A stretch of 63,498 bases of DNA, counting the filler, from Octopus bimaculoides (Eukaryota), in NCBI RefSeq assembly GCF_001194135.2. It is 6 parts of 6 records of this genome, joined end to end, with 100 filler letters (N's around TTAATTAATTAA, not from the genome) between each part and the next. Parts side by side here need not be neighbours in the genome. Positions count along the whole stretch, not along the records: positions 30,391 to 43,953 come from NC_068994.1; positions 44,054 to 50,371 come from NC_069005.1; positions 50,472 to 59,860 come from NC_068984.1; 3 more parts are not named here. One strand, 5' to 3'. Positions 38,760-51,250 of the stretch are shown in pieces. A model generated the notes under the pieces. That model was not told the origin of the DNA, ran no database searches, and saw nothing but the letters and a program-made list of their open reading frames with translations. How positions within the stretch are numbered: the first letter of the stretch is position 1; every line of letters begins with the position of its first letter. Made by a program: the position numbers and the translations under genes.

Positions 38760-39400
38760 ACACCTGTCTCTCCAGGATATGTTGATCCTAGGTTTCTGTA
38801 CTGTCCCTCTCGTATATTTGACAGTCAAACCATAAGATGGCCTTCACAGTCTTCCTCCTAGTCCTTTCTATACTATTTTATGATTTACTCCAATATAGCG
38901 GCCAAATCCCATTTGTGTCAGTTGTGATGATGTTGAATTTTATCATGACACCTTTTTTCACCCTGATCCTGTCCTTTTTGCTGTGCCCAGAAACCTACAC
39001 ACAGTGGATGGAATATTGTATGTCTTACCCTAATTCCATTGGATCGCACATGCGGGACGGGATTCTCATCACTCCTACAAGATCCGCAAGCAAAATATTA
39101 TTTGCGATTAGGTCTTTGGAGGGCATGGGTTTAGCATAGAGCAAACGGAGAATTTGGACTTTGATATTCTTAATTCCAGTTGGAGTTCTGTAGTTAGGGA
39201 GCTTACTAGAGTTATACGTTCTTTAATACTCCAGTGGATGGAGTTAGCTATATGTTGGATGCTTTCCATGGGGCTGGCAGCTATTTGCTGTTCATGGATA
39301 TTTTCTTGTGGGTGTCCTATTACTACTGTGTTGGTATCATCAACATAGCCGGAGTACACGGTTAGAGCTACAGCGATTTCTGCTAATAAATTCGCAGCTC
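38760..39400 (-). mobile_element. Decayed reverse-transcriptase fragment, probably Penelope-like
   Basis: ORF 39108-39359 begins ..GYVDDTN (YxDD). The downstream frames resemble the Penelope RT thumb region but are heavily interrupted. Confidence 0.5.
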
Positions 39401-39719
39401 CATTTCTCTATAACATTCCATCAATAACAATTAACATTACATCTCTTACAGTTTAGTGGAGTGGGTTTACTGAATGTAGTTACAGGCTATCTACAGTTTG
39501 TATTCAAATCTAGACGTGGTCAAATTCAACTTTTATCCATTTAAGGACGAAATACATATGTAAGCATCCGTGAAATAATGTGGTCGATATAATAAACTAT
39601 ATTCTGCCCAAAATATTTGAAGCTGTTTTTTTTTTTAATTTAAAAATGAAATAAAAATAATTAATGATATTTGATTTTGATAGTGAATTCCTAAACAAAG
39701 ATTAATCAAATGTAGATTA

Positions 39720-41290
39720 CGAAAGGTAAATTAAGAAATTATCAGAGATAAATTAAATATAGATAATGTAAGTTGAATTTCACAAAACATCATGAAAGTT
39801 AAATAGAAATTAGATTTTGAGCGTTACAATAAACATTGATTATAAAACATATATTAAAAATAGATTGTAGGCGTTAAATAAAAATCAATTATAAAATGTT
39901 AAATTAAAAACAGATTAGGAAAGTTTAATTAAAAATAGATTACTGCAGTTAAATTATATAGTGACAATTATAATTATTATGCATTTATCATTTTCGATTA
40001 TTATTCCCAACTGATCTGGTAATTATTCTGTGCAACCAAATGAATTGTTGCTACGCAGAATAAAACTTTCTGGCCTTAGATAATATAAATGGAGTTGCTG
40101 TGAATAAAGAAAAATAAAAATATCTATATTCGGGCTCATGTTAGTAACAAAAAAAAGAAGGGACGGGAGTTTGATATGTTGTTTCGGAACAGGGGAGGGC
40201 AGATATGGAAAATGAGCAGAAATATTGATTATGCAATGGCTGTGTGATTAAGAATCTTACTTAGCAACTACATGATTTTGAGGCTCAATTTCGTTGCGTG
40301 GAACCTTGGGCAAGACTTTCTACTGTAGCATTATTTCGAGTAATAGCTTGTTAATGGATTTGGCGGGCGTTAACCATGTGAAAGCCCGTAGTATATATAT
40401 ATATATATATTTATGTATGTATATATATGTATGTGCATATAAGTGTATGTCTTTGTGTCTAGGCGGGAAGGGCGAAGGATAACAGAATCGACAGACCATC
40501 GGATAACATGAGTTGCAGTTTTTATTCACGTAAAGAATTCGTACCTCGTTGAATTCAAGTTTACCCTTCTTCCAGAATCCAATAAGAGTTCAACGTCTCC
40601 CACGAAACTTCTAGATTTGTCTACTGAAAAAACAAAAGTTGATTATGAAAATATATTTTTGAAATATGAAAGCTATAATTACAAAAGAGAAAAGTCAAAT
40701 TAAAAATAGATCTTTTATCTTTTACTTAATAATCAGACTGCGACTCAGCTGGGGTACCGCCTTGAAGGGTTTACTAGTAAAAATCAACCCCAGAAGTTTA
40801 TGCTGATGTTTTTTGTCTTTCTTTTTTTACCTTTCTTTTAAAATTGATGGCCTTGTCTTACAATTAGAAATTTTTTATAGTATATTTTCATTTTAATTTT
40901 CGTGATATTTCTGTGATTTTTCTTCTGGAGATATTTTTTTAATTTACGCTCTTTAAGCTACATCGAAATAATCTTACGTAATATATTTTTCACATTATTT
41001 TCATAATCTATTTCTAATTTTACTCGTATAATCTATTTTAAATTTAACTTTAAAGATCTATTTTAATTTAATTTTCATAATCCATTTTCCATTTATCTTT
41101 CCTAATCTATTTCCAATTTACCTTTTATAATCTCTTAATTATAAAAAGGCACTTTCATAACCTATTTTTACATTTTCATATTAATATTCTATTATAAATA
41201 TATAACTTACATAATTTCTTTAACTTCATTTTTCATAATCTTTAAATTTCACCACTTATTTTGAATTTAACTTCCATGATATTTTTTTTT
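39720..41290. repeat. Two oppositely oriented arrays of a ~24-bp AT-rich unit
   Basis: The TAGATTATGAAAGTTAAATTAAAAA-like unit occurs at 39720-39960 and 40640-40720; its reverse complement TTTCATAATCTATTTTAATTTAAC is repeated at about 40990-41290. Confidence 0.65.
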
Positions 41291-41466
41291 TATTTTAGCT
41301 ACACCTGTTGTGATAAGAAGTTTTCTTCTGAACCACAAGGCTTTGCATTCAGTCCTACAGCGTGATATACTGAGAAAGTATTTCCTAGTATAGCCGCAGG
41401 AAAACGAAAGCCTTTTTAGTGGATTTGGAAGACGGAAACTGAAAGAAACCAGTCGTATTTGTGTGT

Positions 41467-41731
41467 ATTCTTTCGAAGTTGATTTCTCTACCCCAATAGA
41501 TGGAGTGGACCTTATTTAAATATTTTCCTTCGAAGACGATAATTGCAGTTGCTTGAAGTAGATATGAATGATCATCCACTCAATAAAAATATATATTGAT
41601 TGCTTAGAAAATTGCACACGTGAAGAAACTCTGAGTAATAATTGAGTGAACCAATCGGCTTCGAAGTAATATATTTGTATAAATAAGGTCCGCTCCATCT
41701 ATTGGGGTAGAAAAATCAACTTCGAACGAAT
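41467..41731. mobile_element. ~265-bp MITE with ~50-bp TIRs inserted in the microsatellite of a SINE A copy
   Basis: ATTC(T/G)TTCGAAGTTGATTT(C/T)TCTACCCCAATAGATGGAG(T/C)GGACCTTATTTA inverted at both ends. Confidence 0.8.
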
Positions 41732-41887
41732 GAGCGTACAGACATACACAGATGGGTAATTTTACATATATGTGCATGCGTGTGTGCATGTGTGTATTAA
41801 TCTATGCATGTATCTTATGTATAAATGCTTGCATGTACTTTTATAAACGAATGTGTATATATATATATGTGTGTTTGTGTGTGTGTA

Positions 41888-41930
<43 letters not shown>

Positions 41931-42348
41931 TTTTCTTATTGCTTTCTCTAAGGAATAAAGATGCAATACCAAAAGTCAGTAAATCTAAGTTAATCATATA
42001 TAGATAGATTATAGATAGATAGATAGATAGATACATACATACATACATACATACATACATACATACATACATACATACATACAAACATATATATGTACAC
42101 GTGTATATAATTATATATAAATGTGTGTCTGCGTGTGTGTGTGTATATACACACATATACATATTTATACATATTTATACATATATATAAAAATATATGC
42201 ATATACATATGTATACCTATATATTTATTTATTTATGTGTTTCAGCCAAGTGGCTGCGGTCATGCTGGTGCACACATACACACACACACATACATACATA
42301 CACACACACACTCGTGCACGCACTCGCACACATTCACACACAAATTCG

Positions 42349-42381
<33 letters not shown>

Positions 42382-43360
42382 ACATGTCTCTTAAAGGATA
42401 GAGCTCAAAATCAATGCATTGAAGATACTTTATTGCAGCAACAATTATAATAATAACAGAAACAACCACAATAAGCCAAACCTATGCACATTTCAATAGG
42501 GTATCCCGGTGTATGGTTATACATAAAAAATACATATAAATATATATGGGTGTGTGTATCTAAGTATAGGTATATGTGTGTGTGGGGGNNNNNNNNNNNN
42601 NNNNNNNNNNNNNNNNNNNNNNNNNNNNNNNNNNNNNNNNNNNNNNNNNNNNNNNNNNNNNNNNNNNNNNNNNNNNNNNNNNNNNNNNNNNNNNNNNNNN
42701 NNNNNNNNNNNNNNNNNNNNNNNNNNNNNNNNNNNNNNNNNNNNNNNNNNNNNNNNNNNNNNNNNNNNNNNNNNNNNNNNNNNNNNNNNNNNNNNNNNNN
42801 NNNNNNNNNNNNNNNNNNNNNNNNNNNNNNNNNNNNNNNNNNNNNNNNNNNNNNNNNNNNNNNNNNNNNNNNNNNNNNNNNNNNNNNNNNNNNNNNNNNN
42901 NNNNNNNNNNNNNNNNNNNNNNNNNNNNNNNNNNNNNNNNNNNNNNNNNNNNNNNNNNNNNNNNNNNNNNNNNNNNNNNNNNNNNNNNNNNNNNNNNNNN
43001 NNNNNNNNNNNNNNNNNNNNNNNNNNNNNNNNNNNNNNNNNNNNNNNNNNNNNNNNNNNNNNNNNNNNNNNNNNNNNNNNNNNNNNNNNNNNNNNNNNNN
43101 NNNNNNNNNNNNNNNNNNNNNNNNNNNNNNNNNNNNNNNNNNNNNNNNNNNNNNNNNNNNNNNNNNNNNNNNNNNNNNNNNNNNNNNNNNNNNNNNNNNN
43201 NNNNNNNNNNNNNNNNNNNNNNNNNNNNNNNNNNNNNNNNNNNNNNNNNNNNNNNNNNNNNNNNNNNNNNNNNNNNNNNNNNNNNNNNNNNNNNNNNNNN
43301 NNNNNNNNNNNNNNNNNNNNNNNNNNNNNNNNNNNNNNNNNNNNNNNNNNNNNNNNNNNN

Positions 43361-43417
<57 letters not shown>

Positions 43418-44104
43418 GATGCACACACGTATACACACACGCGCGCATACATTCATTCATACACACATACATACATACATACATACATACATACACTGGC
43501 CAAATAACCATATTCCACCCGCATATGCTGATGATAGGTTGGATATCACAACACTTTCATCGCTCTGATAGATAAATAGAAAGCGGATGTGGAACCCAAA
43601 ATAAATACATGATTATGACTTAACTTAGTATAGCTTCTGGCGACATTACAACATGGTTAGAAGATTGAACACTTTGATTAACTCACGGTTATGTCCCCTT
43701 TTGAAATGCGAATTAACTGGATTTCTGGATGGAATGTAATTATAAAGGGACCGAAAAACAATGTTTTCGCGGTATGTTAATGTTCGAGATTGTGTATTGT
43801 GTGTGTATGAGTGTGTGTGAGTAGGGGTATGCATTGTGTGCGTGCATGTGTGTATGGATATATGTATGTGTGCCTGTAAGCTTGTTTGGTTCGCACACCA
43901 AGACATTCAATGTTTGATATCTATGTGTGAATATATATGTATAAATATATATANNNNNNNNNNNNNNNNNNNNNNNNNNNNNNNNNNNNNNNNNNNNTTA
44001 ATTAATTAANNNNNNNNNNNNNNNNNNNNNNNNNNNNNNNNNNNNNNNNNNNNTTTGTTCCTAAGACATCTTTGTCTTTATTGTCTTTTTTATTATCATT
44101 ACAT

Positions 44105-44105
44105 C

Positions 44106-44181
<76 letters not shown>

Positions 44182-44184
44182 TAC

Positions 44185-44244
<60 letters not shown>

Positions 44245-44260
44245 CATCATCGTCATCATC
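44105..44260. repeat. Long (ATT)n microsatellite next to a gap
   Basis: About 50 ATT units. Confidence 0.95.
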
Positions 44261-45523
44261 ATTATCATTATTATCAATGTGAATATTATGATTATTAATT
44301 ATAATAATAATTGCTGTTGTAACTGTTGTTACTGTCGTTGTTAGTGTTGTCTGTTTGTCGTATATATGTATATATATACACACACATGCATATATATCTA
44401 TATATATGTGTGTGTGTGTGTATGTATATGTTTGTGTGTCTGTGTTTGTCCCTCAACATCGCTTGACAACCGGTACTGGTGCGTTTACGTCGCCGTAACT
44501 TAGCGGTTCGGCAAAAAGAGACCGATAGAATAAGTACTAGGCTTCCAAAGAATAAGTCCTGGGGTCGATTTGCTCGACTAAAGGCGGTGCTCCAGCATGG
44601 CCACAGTCAAATGACTGGAACAAGTAAAAGAGTAAAAGGAGGGAGTATATATTCACAAACACGTTACTCTGAATTTACGGATTTTCTTGCTCTTTTCAAG
44701 ATGGCAGGCGTGTAGTTTGAGGGATGTTTGGTTGCTATATCAAGCAAATCTGGTAACCTCATAGGAGCCTTCCCTCTGTTTGGCACGTTTGAGCTTATTA
44801 TTGTATAAGTAGTATAAGAGTTGTTGTTTAACCCGGGGTCATACCTTATTGAGTGCATGTATGATCATAGGTGTTCTCGTCGTGATCAATGGTGTCATGG
44901 ACATTTTATCAAGGAAAAATACCCCTGCCCCCACTACCCCTATCCTACTTAGTAGCAGCAGCAGCAGCAGCAGCAGCAGCAATAACAACAGTAACAGCAA
45001 CCACGATAGCAATAGAATATATTCCTTGTTTTTCTAAGACGTAGATGGACAAACATATACACATATGCATATATATGCATATACACACATATATATATGT
45101 AAGTATGTATGTTTTAATATTATGTATATATACACGTATATATGTATATATATATGTATGTATGTCTGTATATATATATATATATATATATATACAGACA
45201 TACATACNNNNNNNNNNNNNNNNNNNNNNNNNNNNNNNNNNNNNNNNNNNNNNNNNNNNNNNNNNNNNNNNNNNNNNNNNNNNNNNNNNNNNNNNNNNNN
45301 NNNNNNNTGTATATAGATCTATATATGTATGTATGTATGTATGTATAGGGCGTAGGTGTGACTGTGTGGTAAGAAGCTTGTTTTCTAGCCACATGGTTCC
45401 GGGTTCAATTGCGTGACACCTTGAGTAAGTATCTTCTACTATAGCCTCGGGCCGACCAAAGCCTTGCGAGTGGATTTGGTAGACGGAAATTGAAGGAATC
45501 CCGTCGTGTATACATACATACAT

Positions 45524-45563
<40 letters not shown>

Positions 45564-46677
45564 GGCACTTCATCAAAGGGTTATGTCGAACAAAACGATA
45601 CGCACTTTTGAAGTCTGGTACTTATTCTATCGGTCACTTTTGCCGAACTGCTAGTTTATGAGGTCGTAAACGAACCAACATCGAATGTCATTGCGATAGT
45701 GGGGGACAAACACAAAGGCAAGTTTAACTTTGCTCTTCATTCTTCTGGGTGTGCTAAAATAAATTCTCAGTCAAATATTTCTATCAATTTAATATTCATA
45801 TCTAGATCCGAACAGAATTATAATGGGGGACTTCTCGGTAAGGCATCGTAACGGAAGGAGACGAAATCATGTTGGTTCTTCGAAAATTCATGACAAAATT
45901 TCTTTTGTTTCAGATTTCATTTCCACTATTCTTCAGTCACGACAACATCTTTTGATATTCCGACAATTCTTTTTGTTTGAAAAAAAAAAAAAAAGTTTTT
46001 ATAGCAATATATTTGTTTTTATTATTTTTGTTTACGTATTTACTTCCGACATCAGACGAAAACAAATAGCTGACGTCATATTTCTTCTGGAGTTTTACTC
46101 AAGTTCGACTGAAGTTCAAATAAGGAAACAGGAATAAAAAAGAAAAAAAAAATGAAAAATTGTTGTTATTAAAAACATTTAAAATTCGAATGTTGTGTTG
46201 TCTTCAATGTAAATACATTTGAAAGGAATGCTAATTTGTTTTCGTACNNNNNNNNNNNNNNNNNNNNNNNNNNNNNNNNNNNNNNNNNNNNNNNNNNNNN
46301 NNNNNNNNNNNNNNNNNNNNNNNNNNNNNNNNNNNNNNNNNNNNNNNNNNNNNNNNNNNNNNNNNNNNNNNNNNNNNNNNNNNNNNNNNNNNNNNNNNNN
46401 NNNNNNNNNNNNNNNNNNNNNNNNNNNNNNNNNNNNNNNNNNNNNNNNNNNNNNNNNNNNNNNNNNNNNNNNNNNNNNNNNNNNNNNNNNNNNNNNNNNN
46501 NNNNNNNNNNNNNNNNNNNNNNNNNNNNNNNNNNNNNNNNNNNNNNNNNNNNNNNNNNNNNNNNNNNNNNNNNNNNNNNNNNNNNNNNNNNNNNNNNNNN
46601 NNNNNNNNNNNNNNNNNNNNNNNNNNNNNNNNNNNNNNNNNNNNNNNNNNNNNNNNNNNNNNNNNNNNNNNNNNNNN

Positions 46678-47153
46678 ATGGTGCAGAGTCCTGTTGCCAG
46701 ACATAGGGTCTTCCAGCAGCCACCTTCTTCACCCAGGGCAGCACTACCTCCTCCAGGCACTTGATGTAGGCCTCCATGTTGAGTCTGTGGCCGTGTGGGA
46801 AGATGAATGGAGGCATAATGTCGCCATCACTAGTGATCACTCCAAACACCATGATGTTGACTGGATGTTTGATTTTTATCACTCTCGGTACATGTTTTGG
46901 GGACACGGCAAGCGAACGGCTGTTCTGTATATTCACCATTTTTTCGTATTGGAGCTTCCGGCACGAATGCCAAGCAATACAGCATGTCGTTTCCAAATTT
47001 CTGGCAAAGTGAATTGCATCACGCTGCTGTTTTTCTCAGAGACGGTGCCCAACTGACACTACTATACTGTGTAGTCGACAAAATCTAAAACAAGCAATGC
47101 GCATGAGCGAAATTAAAAATATAAAATGGTGACAATTTACCCACGGCACTCTG
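46678..47153 (-). mobile_element. maT/DD37D (Tc1/mariner superfamily) transposon, internally deleted copy running into a gap
   Basis: HPVNIMVFGVITSDGDIMPPFIF..PWVKKVAAGRPYVWQQDSAP; TIR GGTGACAATTTACCCACGGCACTCTG-TA; lacks about 440 bp present in the 61 kb copy. Confidence 0.88.
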
Positions 47154-47220
47154 TATATATATAGTTTTTCTTTCACTAATTCCACTACTCACTCTGCTTA
47201 TGCTTCTCTCTTGCTTTCTA

Positions 47221-47258
47221 TTTTTATGATGAAAGACCAACGTCCGAAACGTTAGGGG
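47221..47258 (+). ncRNA. Minimal hammerhead-like motif
   Basis: TTTTT-ATGATGA-A-AGAC-CAAC-GTCC-GAAA-CGTT-AGGGG; C3 is mutated and stem I is mostly G-U. Confidence 0.45.
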
Positions 47259-47964
47259 TTTCCCATCTTTTTCAATTAAAGCGTTAAAGTAATACCACAT
47301 TCCATAGTTGCTTATTCATCTTATGTTGTCTTTCTCAATGTCTTAACACACACACGCCCCCCCCCCCTCACACACACACGATATCTGCAGCCAAACGCCG
47401 CGACAATGACTACCCATGGGTATGGCTTGACTTGATAAGCTTCCTCCATACTGGTTGTTTTTTTCGCTTGGGTTTACCATTCATTATGACCAATTCCTTT
47501 CCGCTTCATATTCCTTTTTTTGCAGAATCTTTNNNNNNNNNNNNNNNNNNNNNNNNNNNNNNNNNNNNNNNNNNNNNNNNNNNNNNNNNNNNNNNNNNNN
47601 NNNNNNNNNNNNNNNNNNNNNNNNNNNNNNNNNNNNNNNNNNNNNNNNNNNNNNNNNNNNNNNNNNNNNNNNNNNNNNNNNNNNNNNNNNNNNNNNNNNN
47701 NNNNNNNNNNNNNNNNNNNNNNNNNNNNNNNNNNNNNNNNNNNNNNNNNNNNNNNNNNNNNNNNNNNNNNNNNNNNNNNNNNNNNNNNNNNNNNNNNNNN
47801 NNNNNNNNNNNNNNNNNNNNNNNNNNNNNNNNNNNNNNNNNNNNNNACCAATTAAATTTCAAGATATTTTGTTATTTCCGTGTGTCATGAGATCAGATAC
47901 AAATTATAGATAGGAAATTCTATGTGGGTGTTAGCGCGTTCGGCAGGAGGTAGAAAGGGGACAA

Positions 47965-48017
<53 letters not shown>

Positions 48018-48215
48018 CATTGTCGTTGTTGTTGTTGTTACATATTTTCGGTTAAATATGAAAATAGTTTCGAGAGAAATTGACACTTAAACATGCAAAA
48101 CACACACACACACACACTCATACGCATATGTATACTCACACGTACAAGAACCCGTAGACATACACACACACGCACACATATATATATATATACATATACA
48201 TACATACATATACGC

Positions 48216-48286
<71 letters not shown>

Positions 48287-49628
48287 CCTGTGTATATACA
48301 CACATGTATGTACACGCATGTGTGTGTGTGTGTACGCGTACGTATGTATATGTGCGTATATATGTATATGTAAATATATATATGTGTGTACGTCTGCGTA
48401 TATTCACATATACACAAACGTACACATGCTCATATATGTGTGTGTATAAGTGCGTGTGTGTATGTGTGCGTAAGTGTGTAAGTGTGTGTGTGTGCGGATG
48501 CAAATGGGAAGTTGCTTTTAAGAATTCTATGCCACTAGAAAAATATAACTGACTCTCAAAAGCGCCATCGATTTCTTTTTATTCTTGTTTCTTTTTAATA
48601 AAATTTGAGAATTTCGAAAATTGCCCGAAGCTGAGTGAAATTACGCAAAGGATAAAAAAAAAAAAGAAGAAAAACAAATTTGAAGAGTAAAGCTTCTGGA
48701 GATTTCTAGAAACAAATTCTGAATTCTATAACAAGGAAAAAAGTTTCAGCATCGTTAGGACGTCGGAGAAAATGTTTAACGGTATTTCGTCCGTTTTTTT
48801 CTTTTTTTACGTTCTGAGTCGAACTTCCGCCGAGGTCAGCTTTGCTTTTCATCCTTTCGGGGTGGAACACTAGGGTCGATATAATCGACTAATTCCTCTT
48901 CCCCAAAATTTATTATTATTATTATTGAATGAGAGAGCAATGCATGCCATCAAAGTGACACTGGGGTACAAATATACAAATCCCAGTATACCCATCATGA
49001 CTACCCGTCTGATAAGAGTACACCAGGCACATGCATCATAACCGTATGTGTGAGGCATGGTGATCTCATATCAAGATAAACAGCGCATGACCTTGCAGGT
49101 GAGGTCCACTTAGAATTTTCTTCAGGTCGCGTAGCCCATCCCGCTCAAAAGGTCCCTGAATTTATTATATATATATAAAACAAATAATAAATGAGTATAT
49201 GCATATATACGTACAAGTATGTGCATACCTACATCTACCTGTATATATAGGTGCATATCTGGGTACAGGACGTTGCAAACAAAACAGACAAAATGATAAA
49301 CAGAGTACAGGAAACACACAGGCCACATAGAGAACATTTTCCTTCATCAGCTGCCACCNNNNNNNNNNNNNNNNNNNNNNNNNNNNNNNNNNNNNNNNNN
49401 NNNNNNNNNNNNNNNNNNNNNNNNNNNNNNNNNNNNNNNNNNNNNNNNNNNNNNNNNNNNNNNNNNNNNNNNNNNNNNNNNNNNNNNNNNNNNNNNNNNN
49501 NNNNNNNNNNNNNNNNNNNNNNNNNNNNNNNNNNNNNNNNNNNNNNNNNNNNNNNNNNNNNNNNNNNNNNNNNNNNNNNNNNNNNNNNNNNNNNNNNNNN
49601 NNNNNNNNNNNNNNNNNNNNNNNNNNNT

Positions 49629-49664
<36 letters not shown>

Positions 49665-49792
49665 CATAATAGGCTATACGGATAAAAATCCGATTAATGA
49701 TTTTTATCAGGTAATCTCTTGTTCCCTTAATATAATTATCTACATATGTATATTATCATTAATTTAATTATATATATATATATATATTCTTT

Positions 49793-50165
49793 TCTTTTAC
49801 TTGTTTGTCATTTGACTGCGGCCATGCTGGAGCACCGCATCGAAGGGTTTTAGTCGAACAAATCGGCCCCTAGACTTATTTTTTTTTAAAACCTAGTACT
49901 AATTCTATCGGTCTCTTTGCCTGCCGAACCGCTAGATTACGGGGACGTAAACACACCAACACCGGTTGTCAAGCGATGGTGGTGGGGACAAACACAGACA
50001 CAAAGACACACACACATAGATAAATACATATATATACAACGGGCTTCTTTCAGTTTCCATCTACCAAATCCACTCACAAAGCTTTGGTCGGCTTGGGGCA
50101 ATAATAGAAGACACTTGCCCAAGGTGCCACGTAGTTGGACTGAGACAACTTCTTATCACACAGTC
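49793..50165 (-). mobile_element. SINE family A, near full length, CpG-rich
   Basis: Reverse complement of the family A consensus with CpGs retained. Confidence 0.85.
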
Positions 50166-50481
50166 ACAATGTTTTTTTTCTTTTTCGTTTTGTGGGAAAT
50201 GACAGAAAAAAAAAACTACATGAATAAATGTACAGAGAAAAATATTGTAAAATATGTAAATGTGTGGAAATGCGTCAGGCGTGTAATACAATCGAAATAA
50301 TCTGCATAGTTCGAATTAACCCCACCCTCTCTTTCATCGAATTAACCCCCACCCTCTCTTTCATCGAATTANNNNNNNNNNNNNNNNNNNNNNNNNNNNN
50401 NNNNNNNNNNNNNNNTTAATTAATTAANNNNNNNNNNNNNNNNNNNNNNNNNNNNNNNNNNNNNNNNNNNNATATATATAT

Positions 50482-50538
<57 letters not shown>

Positions 50539-50539
50539 C

Positions 50540-50617
<78 letters not shown>

Positions 50618-50830
50618 ATAGATAGAGTTAAACGCAAGTGTTATTCAATGTAATCTCATTTATTTGGTCTCTGAGTTTTTCTTTCCTTTACCCCTCCTCT
50701 TTCTATAGGCTACCTTTGACGTTATATCCTCTAATGTTTTTTTTTTTTAAACTTAATAGCGTTCAGTTCATCACTTTACATATCCATCATATTCTCTTAA
50801 AATGTCTTATTGACGAGTTTTATTTCTTCA

Positions 50831-50914
50831 TTTCCCTGAAGAGAAGATTACAATGTTTTACACCATTTTATTCCTTTGGAATAATACCAATATCTTTGAA
50901 ACATGTGTCGGAAG
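50831..50914 (+). ncRNA. Type I hammerhead ribozyme, intact catalytic core
   Basis: TTTCC-CTGAAGA-GAAGAT..(TATTCC/GGAATA hairpin)..ATCTTT-GAAA-C-ATGT-GTC-GGAAG; predicted cleavage after 50909 (GUC). Confidence 0.8.
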
Positions 50915-51039
50915 TAAAAGAATTTGAATAACACCTGCGTTTAACTCCATTTATTTATTTATATATATTATACAAGATATTTCACCTAAACCCGGAATTT
51001 CTACCTTTAAAAACATTTGACTTGTGTGATCTTTTGCTA

Positions 51040-51250
51040 CCCCGGTAATTGTTTATCGTGAGTACCCCGGACAAAATGCATTGCACCATTTCGTCCGTCT
51101 TTACGTTCTGATTTCGAATTCAGTCGAGGTCGCCTTGGCCTTTCATTCTTTCGGGGACAATAAAATAAGTACCAGTTGAAGACTGGGGTCGATGTAATCG
51201 ACTTAATCCACCCCAACCCACCGGAATTGTTGGCCTTGTGCCAAAATTTT
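51040..51250 (+). mobile_element. SINE family B
   Basis: Family motifs GAGGTCGCCTTGGCCTTTCATTCTTTCGGGG..GTACCAGTTGAAGACTGGGGTCGATG. Confidence 0.8.

Noticed and set aside
42411-43575. Long ORFs of 300+ aa here and similar YIYI/THTH/XXXX ORFs elsewhere
   Set aside because: They are translations of N runs and di- or tetranucleotide microsatellites.
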